Source of the DNA: Candidatus Moanibacter sp.
GTDB lineage: Bacteria; Verrucomicrobiota; Verrucomicrobiia; Opitutales; UBA2987
DNA length: 12,799 nucleotides
Assembly: GCA_965215885.1 (NCBI GenBank)
Contig: CBDCEW010000039.1
Span: forward strand, 1 to 12,799
Reading direction: 5' to 3'
Position 1 is the first letter of the stretch. Each line of letters starts with the position of its first letter. The notes below the pieces were generated by a model. The model worked only from the letters and a program-made list of their open reading frames with translations. It was not told the origin of the DNA and did no database searches. This document shows, piece after piece, positions 1 through 7,843 of the stretch. The translations under genes and the position numbers were made by a program.

Positions 1-1022
1 GAACCTGTTGACGAAGTATTCCATCTGTCCGGTCAGAAATAGGGGCAATTGAGGGTCCAGTTTCCGCATTTTTTGGCGTACGATCGGTAGGAGATCTTTT
101 TCCATTCTTTTGCTTCGAAGAAAAATACTAAAAACACGCCGTTCGTGCTGAAACATACACTCGTAAGCAAACGGGCGGCCACTTTCATCGGTCAATCCCA
201 GATGGCGAACATCCTTAGCGACTCCAATGATGGCCGGCCAATCTTCGTCGTTTTCCGGAATTCCGGAGAAGGTGAGATACTGGCCCTCAGCATTTCCTTC
301 TGGGAAATAACGCTCCGCCAGCCGTAGATCGATGACCAGGGTGTTGCGATTCTCTTCTGAATCCGAATAATCGAATACACGGCCGATCTTAAACGGAATT
401 TGCAGCGCCGCAAAGTACCCCGGGGACACCCAAGTTCGAAAGGCTCCCATCATTTCCTCTCCTTCCGCCATCGTGTAACCCTTTATCTGGAATGTGTTTA
501 CTGGATTGCCCGTGGTCATTGGTACGTGTGTAGATAAACCAACCGCCTCGACACCCGGAATACTTCGCAACGTCTCCAATATACGCCTCTGAAAACGGTA
601 TATATCTTCGCTTTCAGGATATCGAACATTCGGAAGGTCCACCCGGGTCGTTAAAACGTTCTCCGGATTGAAGCCTGGATCGACGGCCAATATTTTGGCA
701 AAACTTCGGAGAAGTAACACCGTCGATGAGAGTAAGATCATAGCCATTGCTACCTGGAAAGACACCAATGCCGCACTCCCAAGGCGTGCAGCCGGACCAA
801 TGGTTGCGGTGGGCGACGAATCTTTAATCATCCGCGAGATATTCAGACGAATGGCACCCACGATAGGAAATGTGCCGAAAATCAAGCCCGTCAGAACTGC
901 CAAGACTAGAGCAAACAGCAAGCACTTCGAAGTAATCCGGTGTTACTCGACGAGCTTTAACACGAGCTGGAGCGTGCTCTTCGCCTAGGTTGAACTCGCT
1001 ATTTTGATACAGGGTCAGATCT
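1..1022 (-). pseudogene. ABC permease (MacB/FtsX duplicated, ADOP-like), downstream part; runs off the left edge
   Basis: Not in the ORF track because it has no stop in the window. Manual translation of 921->1 is open: LLFALVLAVLTGLIFGTFP...LVSFQVAMAMILLSSTVLLLRSFAKILAVDPGFNPENVLT...WVSPGYFAALQIP...IIGVAKDVRHLGL...LDPQLP. Segment 1022->920 encodes (DLT)LYQNSEFNLGEEHAPARVKARRVTPDYFEVL in another frame. Confidence 0.9.
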
Positions 1023-1073
1023 GAATGGCGGTAAGATAAGCCAAAAATAATTGTAAAAAATATGTAAAAAAGC

Positions 1074-1102
1074 TTGTACTATGACCGTTAGTAGGCTAAT
1101 CT
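1074..1102 (+). promoter_or_regulatory. Putative sigma70 promoter of the IS4 transposase
   Basis: TTGTAC (1074-1079), 17-bp spacer, TAATCT (1097-1102); ATG follows at 1109. Confidence 0.45.
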
Positions 1103-1108
1103 TGTTGT

Positions 1109-2572
1109 ATGAAAAATATGACAAGATTCCTGCCTGGGTTTAATCACATTCTATGCGGTCGCCCGCCTAAGTCGGCCCTGGCACAATTAAAGCAAAAACT
1201 GGCTCATCTAAGAGAGTCAACTCTATCGGAGTTGTCGGATCTGTTTGATCGGTGGATTCCTCTGGGAGTTTTGCAACCCAAGAGCGAAAAAGAAAACAGC
1301 CGGGAACGAGTCTACTCACTCAGAACGACCTTCTGGGGCTTTCTGTTCCAGGTGCTCTCCCCGCAGACAGCCTGCCGGGAGGTCGTCAGAAAGGTGCAGA
1401 GCTACTGTAGTGAGCGGGAGTTGAACCTGCCCAGTTCCTCCACCTCGGCCTATTGCCAGGCACGTCAGCGCATAGGTATAGAGGACTTACAAAAGATCGG
1501 TGAAGAGGTCAGCGAGCAGATACACAAGGAGGTAAGGCAAGCGCAGCGGTGGAAGGGGCACGAGGTCAGAGTGATAGACGGTACTGGGATCAGTATGCCC
1601 GATACCGAGCAGAACCAGAGGGCCTTTCCCCAACCCGGGGGGCAGAAAGAGGGGTGCGGATTTCCCGTCATGCTTCTGGTGGGCTGTTTCTGTTTGGCCA
1701 GCGGGGCCTTGCTGCACTGTGTCGAGACCACCTTAAAAAACCATGAAAGCGGCATTTTGCGCAAATTCGTTGGGTATTTGAAAAAAGCAGAGGTGGTTCT
1801 GTGCGACCGCGGTTATTGCTCTTATGCCAATCTGGGGCTGCTTCTAAACCATCAAATGGACGCGGTCATGCGCCTGCACCAAAGGCGCAAATGCGACTTC
1901 CGTAGCGGCCAAACACTGGGCCGATACGATCGGCTGGTGACCTGGAAAAAACCGCAGAGACGGCACGGGTTCAGCCCGGAAGAATGGGCTCAATTACCGG
2001 CCGAACTGACTCTGCGAATGGTGCGTTTCTTCGTTCAGATCAAAGGATTCCGTACCCGAAAGATCGATCTTGTGACCACCTTTACCGACCCCCTCCAATA
2101 CACCGTAGAGGATCTGGCCGATCTCTACTTCCGCCGCTGGTCAGTGGAACTGTTTTTTCGCGACATTAAAACGACTATGAAGATGGAAACGGTACGCTGC
2201 CTTACTCCCGAAATGGTGCGTAAGGAAATCCAGCTGTTCTTTATCGCCTATAATCTCATCCGCGCCCTCATGCAACACGCCGCCACCCTCTATCAGCGTG
2301 ACCTGCATCGGCTCAGCTTCAAGAGCACGGTCGACACCGTTCGGCAGTACTGCACCGCTCTGAACGCCACCCGCAAGCAACCTCGAAAGCAACAACGCAT
2401 CATTGACGAGATGGTTCTGATTATTGCCGAGGAGACTGTTCCACTACGAGAACACCGCAGCGAACCACGAGCGGTCAAACGAAGACCGAAACCTTACCAA
2501 TTACTAACGAAGCCGCGAGGGAAAATGAAAGTCTCGCGCTCGCGCAGAAACAAAGGCAAAAATCGTCGTTAA
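1109..2572 (+). CDS. IS4-family DDE transposase, 487 aa
   Basis: IDGT and CDRGY acidic motifs, the IS4 Y-(2)-R-(3)-E-(6)-K signature (YFRRWSVELFFRDIK), SAYCQARQR, and C-terminal EPRAVKRRPKPY. Confidence 0.96.
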   Translation: MKNMTRFLPGFNHILCGRPPKSALAQLKQKLAHLRESTLSELSDLFDRWIPLGVLQPKSEKENSRERVYSLRTTFWGFLFQVLSPQTACREVVRKVQSYCSERELNLPSSSTSAYCQARQRIGIEDLQKIGEEVSEQIHKEVRQAQRWKGHEVRVIDGTGISMPDTEQNQRAFPQPGGQKEGCGFPVMLLVGCFCLASGALLHCVETTLKNHESGILRKFVGYLKKAEVVLCDRGYCSYANLGLLLNHQMDAVMRLHQRRKCDFRSGQTLGRYDRLVTWKKPQRRHGFSPEEWAQLPAELTLRMVRFFVQIKGFRTRKIDLVTTFTDPLQYTVEDLADLYFRRWSVELFFRDIKTTMKMETVRCLTPEMVRKEIQLFFIAYNLIRALMQHAATLYQRDLHRLSFKSTVDTVRQYCTALNATRKQPRKQQRIIDEMVLIIAEETVPLREHRSEPRAVKRRPKPYQLLTKPRGKMKVSRSRRNKGKNRR

Positions 2573-2595
2573 TCGGGCTTATCTTAGCGCCATTC

Positions 2596-2881
2596 GGGTC
2601 AGATCTTGGAATACATTGGTCTCATTACGGTATTCCAAATAGAGCGGGATGTTGCTCGACATTTTTTCGAATCCCGCCTTTGGATAGCTATTGAAAACCT
2701 CTACGAGGCGATCCGAATCCGGAAACGGCAAAGGTCGCAATACAACGGCGTAGAGCATACTGAATATAGCAGTGTTCGCGCCGATGCAGAGGCCCAGTGT
2801 TAGGAGCGATGCAACCGTGAACCCCTTACTTTTCCATAGAAGCCGGAACGTGAACCGGGCATCACGAATTATCGCTTCCAT
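2596..2881 (-). pseudogene. ABC permease (ADOP-like), N-terminal part interrupted by IS4
   Basis: ATG at 2881 gives MEAIIRDARFTFRLLWKSKGFTVASLLTLGLCIGANTAIFS...VLRPLPFPDSDRLV, the typical N-terminus of this family. It joins in frame to 1011 downward once the IS and one TSD copy are removed. Confidence 0.92.
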
Positions 2882-2995
2882 CAATACACTTTCTGGTCTC
2901 AAAAAGAGTGACTAGGAGATGGTGCGAACATACTTTGACGTGATCAGCACCTCATTCTCGAAGATTCAGGATTCGAAGTCGTCTCGATCGACCCG

Positions 2996-3915
2996 TTGTC
3001 TTTCGCTGAGCGGTACTCGAACCTTGTCTTTTCGCGATTTCCCGTGGGCCACAAACGAACAGATTGCGCGATCATAGAGGAGTCATTGACCCGCCTCGCT
3101 GAGCACGGCGAGATTCCGAATTGGTTCGAGGTTCGGAGCGTGTTCGAGATCGATGGTGACGACCCAGACTCGGCGATATTAGAAGAACGGCAACTTGGGC
3201 ATCCCTGGACTAAGTACTGGATCAGGTAAATACGGTCACGTATGTGGGAGCGCCACCGGGGGTAGTGCAAGGCGCGCCGACGATGGACAGCCTCAAGGCG
3301 CTTTCCTCGTCGGCGCAACGCGGCAATACCCCCGGTGCCGCCCCATCCCAATAGGACCGGGCGGTATTGGCGCTGGGCAGCGTTGGTCGAGTCGAGAAAG
3401 GGCTCCAGCCTGGCTCGACTCGACCGCCTCCCCCAGCATCCAAATTCGCCACGGCATACGTGATCGTATTTACGTGATCGAGTACTAACGACTACGACGC
3501 AATCGAAGGGGAAGGGCCGACACGCTGGACCAGACGCTGGGATGTCTCCAACTGGGGTTTGCTTGCTGCCTTCTTGGAGGGACGGCGGGTCGCCGGTTGT
3601 GTGCTCGCCTACAATACCGATGGCGTCAACAAGCTCGAGGGGCGGAATGATGTGGTCGCTATCTGGGATCTCCGCGTTCATCCAGATTATCGACGAAGAG
3701 GGATCGGGCAAAGGCTGTTTGAAGCGGCGGTGCAATGGGCAAGCGAAAGGAGCTGCCGTGAATTGAGAGTGGAGACGCAAAACATAAACGTGCCGGCATG
3801 CCGATTTTATAAGCGACAAGGGTGCAGTCTCAGCTCGATTGATCGATCTGCCTACGAGGCGTTTCCAGATGAAGTGGAGTTAATCTGGATTCTTCATTTG
3901 GGCGAAGTGGAGTAG
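2996..3915 (+). pseudogene. GNAT acetyltransferase (streptothricin acetyltransferase-like) interrupted by a MITE; true start uncertain
   Basis: ORFs 2996-3229 and 3559-3915 fuse in frame after removing 275 bp: ...LAEHGEIPNWFEVRSVF...GHPWTNDYDAIEGEGPTRW...WDLRVHPDYRRRGIGQRLF...VETQNINVPACRFYKRQG. ETQNxNxxACxFY is characteristic of Sat-like GNATs. Confidence 0.85.
3214..3485. mobile_element. Non-autonomous MITE, 272 bp
   Basis: 31-bp TIRs at 3214-3244 and 3455-3485 (28/31 match), TAA direct repeat at 3211-3213 and 3486-3488, no transposase. Removal restores the GNAT frame. Confidence 0.92.
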
Positions 3916-3916
3916 G

Positions 3917-4453
3917 TCAATGCTTTGGCTTTACCGGAACCCCAAAGGAAATAAATCCTTCTTCGTGATTGTGCGGATATATCTCCAGGCTGAATCCGTC
4001 GGCGCGAACATACTCGGACGGGGGCAGCCAGACTTCGTCGATATACCTTACGCCTTGTCCCCAGTCTTCGTGGTAGAGCCTGGTCGAAGCAATTGCATAG
4101 TGCGTCCTGGGAAGAGTGAAACGCATCAGCCCTTCCGGAATCTCCTCAAAGACGCTCTCCTCAGCGGCAGCGAAGTAGACAAGGTTGTCCTGCCCATTGG
4201 CATCTTCCTGAATTAGGCCAAGTGGCCCCCAGATCCCAATCATGTCGGCTTCGGGTTCTTTCTCGCGATCAATGCAACGGGTCAGCTGACCCCAGCATTT
4301 CTTAATACCAGTCTCTTCAAACGCGATCCCCTTCCTATAGCGCGTTTCAGCACCAAGAAATCCCTGCGGGCCCTAAGTCTTGAACTCCGTACTGAGTATC
4401 TTCTCAGCAACTTCGGCAATCTCTGCTTCGTTCATGAGCGTTGCAAGAGACAT
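3917..4453 (-). pseudogene. GyrI-like (AraC effector-binding) domain protein with an internal TAG
   Basis: The frame of ORF 3917-4243 extends upstream: MSLATLMNEAEIAEVAEKILSTEFKT*GPQGFLGAETRY...GIKKCWGQL...MIGIW...YFAAAEE...IPEGLMRFTLPRTHYA...YIDEVWLPPSEY...LEIYP...IS.GVPV. TAG at 4375-4373. Confidence 0.75.
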
Positions 4454-4682
4454 ATTTTAGCATGATCAGCAGGGCAAGAGCATTAGCAGTTTCTGCAATG
4501 CCATGAGATATTGGACTTGATCATCCCTGTCCCGGCAGGACGAGGTACGTGTTAGCGCTATTTGAAGTCTCGCAGCATTCGGCTATACTACGGGAAATTA
4601 ATGGTGTTGCTGCACAACAGTTAAGCTGCGGATGGAAGAGCGCAGTTCAAATACCAGGGGTGGGGTTAGGATTTTTTTGCCT

Positions 4683-4791
4683 TTGTCATTGCGGATCCCG
4701 CGTAGCGGGTGAGGCAATCCAGAGAACACACGCATGGGTTCTTCCTGCTACTGGATCGCTACGCCTCCCTACGATCGGCTCGCGATGACAA
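4683..4791. repeat. Palindromic REP/RPE-like element (TGTCATTGCG...CGCGATGACA)
   Basis: Ends TTGTCATTGCG and CGCGATGACAA are complementary; inner GCAATCCAG (4714-4722) pairs with CTGGATCGC (4751-4759). Related copy at 12699-12738 and degenerate half at 4822-4851. Confidence 0.75.
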
Positions 4792-5031
4792 TACAGGAGT
4801 AACGCAATAAGCGGATTTCAATGTCGTTGCGAGGGCTTCCCTACCGCAATCACGGAAAGCGCGTACAGGCTGGTTCAGGATCTCGAAAGATCATCTCGCA
4901 GGACGACAGCGGGTCCCGTAGGGTCCAAAGCTGTAGATTCCGCATAGTCCCGCTTTGCCAGATGGGAAGCAGGATTCTCGAGGCTGTCGTTCAAGAGCCC
5001 ATCTCCAAATGGCGACGGTATTCCAAGACCA

Positions 5032-5235
5032 TCACCACTCGTATTTGAAGCCGCTGTTAGCTGACCAACCATTGTACTTATAATTCACGATGCTGTCCGA
5101 GGTACCTTCAAAGCTAATGGAAGCGGGTGTGTCGGTGAGGAGGCGGATTCGGCCAACCAGACAAAGACGTTTGGTCAACTGGTAGCGGGTGGAGAATCTG
5201 AATTCCGTTATGTCCTCGTTGAAACGATCGTGTGG
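5032..5235 (-). pseudogene. 3' fragment of a probable outer-membrane beta-barrel protein; upstream boundary approximate
   Basis: ...TEFRFSTRYQLTKRLCLVGRIRLL...YKYNGWSANSGFKYEW*: alternating beta-strand pattern and a terminal G-x-x-Y-x-aromatic beta-signal. No signal peptide or N-terminal part is present. Confidence 0.5.
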
Positions 5236-5294
5236 GCGTGCATAAGGTCCAAATCTGTTGGACTCATTAGTGAAATGAGTGCTAAATTTGAAGA

Positions 5295-5937
5295 ATGCAA
5301 AGCGCACTTGAGCATTCTATGGATGTCCTCGCCTCCGATGACGCCTTTTCAATCCCGGATCGGACGAGCAGGAGGAAGTGGAAGGGGCCGTGGTGGCACA
5401 TGGCGACACTCTGCGAGATGGGTGAAGCCAGGCGAATTCCCAAATTGGCTGCTAAGAGAGCATTAGAACTGCTCAAGCTTGGGGCGTGGCCAAAATTCGT
5501 CATCACGGAAGAGGACGCGCCGAAGAGGAACACAGATCGGTCAAAGATGGACTGTTGCCACTGTGAGCTGGGAGTTTTCTACATGATTCTTTCTTCGTGT
5601 GGCTGCGATGTTGATGGAGAGCTTCCCTGGGTGCGGGAATGGTTCCTGCAGCACCAGCTTCCGGATGGCGGTTTAAACTGTTCACCGTCAGCCTATCGCA
5701 ATTCGCGAAAGAGTTCGATCGTATCGACTCTGCCTCCACTGGAAGCGGTTCTGTTCTCTACGAAACGCCCTTTTACGGATGTAGAGGAGAGATTTCTTGA
5801 TGAAGGGGCAAGATACTTGATCGAACATAGCCTTGTCTGCTCCAAGAAAGATGGAAGCGTCATCAACCATGAGTGGCTCAAACCCTTCTTTCCCCGTTTT
5901 TTTGAATACGATATTCTTCGGGGACTCCATTATCTAG
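5295..5937 (+). pseudogene. Uncharacterised protein with prenyltransferase/squalene-cyclase-like repeat, truncated at the 3' end by an IS
   Basis: QW-like motif WFLQHQLPDGGLNC, plus PWWHM, CHCELG and FPRFFEYDILRGL. After LHYL (5937) the ORF reads into the IS end, so the tail up to 6056 is IS-derived. Confidence 0.7.
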
Positions 5938-6159
5938 ACCCCATTCGAAAAGCCTTTCGAGCGGACGGGTTCAGGTTTTCCGCCACAGGCGGACCAGCCT
6001 ATGGCTGGCAGGCGTCGGGTTTCAGGCTGCCGACGCTGCCGATGAGCAGGTATTGAGTGGCCATCGGCGTGGCTTGCTGCACAATACGCATATTTGCCGC
6101 TGTTTGGAGGCATACTCATCCCGTGGTGCTTTTTTCTCCGAGCTGCAAAGCGGTCAGAT

Positions 6160-7701
6160 TCAGGCCGCCTGTTCCAGTTCCTCCCGTCGTCGTTTCTTCA
6201 TCAGTATGATGCGGCAGAAGTTGTAGGCCAGAACCTTCTCGAGCAGTTCATCGCCTACCGCATCGATGCCGCGGCGGCCGAGTTCGCCAAAGGCAAATCC
6301 ATCTTTAATCGTGAACATCAGCGACTCCACTGCGGAGCGATTGCGGCGTGCCTCGCGATACGCCTCGCTCTCCCGGTCCTCGGGGGTGGTCAACTTCTTG
6401 CCCTTCGCCCCACTGATACTGATCTGCTTTACCCCCATGCCCAGCACCTCCTTGCGCCCCTTCGCCGAAGCATATCCGTCATCGGTGCTGATCAGTTCAG
6501 CAATGACACCGGTGCGCTTGATCGAATCGCCGATGGCCGGCGCCAGCTCAATGGAGTCTGCCGCATTGCCTTGCGGTACGATCAGGCTGGTGACAAAACC
6601 GTTTTCGCTGCGAACCAGTTGTGGCTTGTACCCGATCACTGGATTGCGGCTGCCCTTCTTGATGTAGGCCGCCGATCCGTCCGACAGGCTCAGGACCTTC
6701 TGCGTGGACGGTAGCTTCTTTTCGTGAAACACCCGATCATGAGCATACTCAACAACCCGCTTGGCGTCGGCAATATCGCGCCTGATCTGGCTCAATACCC
6801 GCTTCAGAAGCTCCCGGCGAGTGGGAGGCAGTGAATCCATCGACAGGCCCTCTTCAAGATGGCTCAGTTCCCCCGTTAGTGAGTCGGCCGCCTTGCGGCC
6901 CCGCTTGAGCAACCGCCGGTAGTGTTTCTTCAGCTTGCCCTTCGACTTCGGTTTGCCCGCGGCCAGACAAATCTGAAACTCCAGCTTGTCCATCTCCTGC
7001 AGCCAACGCCCAACCCATCCTTTGCGAAAATCCTCCAGCCCGAATATATGCAACTTCTGACCCAAACGATTGGCCCGCATCAAAAGACCGGTCAGAATCC
7101 TCCCATCGGTGGGCCAGCAGCTGTTTGCTTTCACCGAGGTGCTGTCGATCGTCAGCTTCCCGAAATCGTCCCATTGCTCCTGGAGGATAAACCCAATCTG
7201 TTTATCAAAGATCAACTCGCGGGTCGTATGGCTGACCAGGTTCACGTTCTCCAGAATCGTCGTCACCGCCGGCATCCTCAGTCCCCGCCTCTGAAGAAAT
7301 CCGTACAAGCTCATCGACTCGCGCAGAAACCGCCGTGCCGGTTTCGTGGTCAACGAACCGAGAAACCCACGAATCATCACGAACACGTATACCGCATAAG
7401 CCGGCATCCGCGGCCGGCCTACCGCAAGATTCAATTCAGCAGCCAGAATATTCTCCTCCTCGATGTCCAGCTCCGCTGTGCGCCCTTCAAAGAACCTGCG
7501 ATCTTCCAATCGAAGTTTCTTCTTCTCACGTGCAGGGGCGTCCAGATCCTTCTCGATCGCCTCGATGATTTGCGGCGCGAACCCGGCCAATTCTTCAACT
7601 TCATCCAGAAAATCACGGAAATCCGTGTCTGGAACCGGCAGAATGAGGTTGCTAAGGGGCGTCTTATCGCTTTTGTTCTCCTCTGTCGCACATGTTGGCA
7701 T
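6160..7701 (-). CDS. DDE transposase, IS5/ISNCY-like, 513 aa
   Basis: IDSTSVKANSCWPTD..L, KVLSL, STDDGYAS and RSAVES motifs. Start reassigned to ATG 7701 because AAAGGAG lies just upstream; the ORF track start at 7821 has no such support. Confidence 0.9.
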   Translation of the reverse strand: MPTCATEENKSDKTPLSNLILPVPDTDFRDFLDEVEELAGFAPQIIEAIEKDLDAPAREKKKLRLEDRRFFEGRTAELDIEEENILAAELNLAVGRPRMPAYAVYVFVMIRGFLGSLTTKPARRFLRESMSLYGFLQRRGLRMPAVTTILENVNLVSHTTRELIFDKQIGFILQEQWDDFGKLTIDSTSVKANSCWPTDGRILTGLLMRANRLGQKLHIFGLEDFRKGWVGRWLQEMDKLEFQICLAAGKPKSKGKLKKHYRRLLKRGRKAADSLTGELSHLEEGLSMDSLPPTRRELLKRVLSQIRRDIADAKRVVEYAHDRVFHEKKLPSTQKVLSLSDGSAAYIKKGSRNPVIGYKPQLVRSENGFVTSLIVPQGNAADSIELAPAIGDSIKRTGVIAELISTDDGYASAKGRKEVLGMGVKQISISGAKGKKLTTPEDRESEAYREARRNRSAVESLMFTIKDGFAFGELGRRGIDAVGDELLEKVLAYNFCRIILMKKRRREELEQAA

Positions 7702-7733
7702 GTTTAACTCCTTTCTTAATCTTAGGTTGTTAA

Positions 7734-7763
7734 ACACTAGCATGTTGCGACACTTTTTATCAA
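7734..7763 (-). promoter_or_regulatory. Putative promoter of the second transposase
   Basis: TTGATA (7763-7758), 18-bp spacer ending in TGC, TAGTGT (7739-7734); extended -10-like, upstream of the RBS and ATG 7701. Confidence 0.4.
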
Positions 7764-7843
7764 GCCAAAAAATGATTTTTCTCAAGTTTTTCTTGCGCCT
7801 TTTGCGCCTCTTTGCGGCCAATCAGTAGCTTTTCGGGTAAGGT

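Larger units (their letters stand above)
1023..2595 (+). mobile_element. IS4-family insertion sequence, 1573 bp, complete
   Basis: 20-bp TIRs GAATGGCGGTAAGATAAGCC (1023-1042) and GGCTTATCTTAGCGCCATTC (2576-2595), 1 mismatch. 11-bp direct repeat GGGTCAGATCT at 1012-1022 and 2596-2606. Confidence 0.96.

Noticed and set aside
145..988. ORFs 145-327, 192-413 and 668-988
   Set aside because: Antisense or off-frame shadows of the permease frame 921->1.
3195..3488. 97-aa and 76-aa ORFs within the MITE
   Set aside because: GC-rich hairpin sequence lacking stops; no transposase or other motif.
2944..3819. 291-aa minus-strand ORF
   Set aside because: Antisense to the GNAT and reads through the MITE; no recognisable motif.
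4527..4537. CTGTCCCGGCA also present at 10541-10551
   Set aside because: 11-bp match with no extension; plausible by chance.
4562..4589. TTGAAG-16 bp-TATACT promoter-like motif on + strand
   Set aside because: No credible gene directly downstream; cannot be told from chance.
4549..5072. Short ORFs 4549-4788, 4821-5048 and 4875-5072
   Set aside because: They overlap palindromic repeats or intergenic DNA and show no protein features.
7702..7821. 40-aa N-terminal extension of the transposase
   Set aside because: It spans the promoter and a repeat; the strong RBS is at ATG 7701.
6094..7828. Long + strand ORFs (206, 133, 261, 121 aa)
   Set aside because: Antisense shadows of the transposase.
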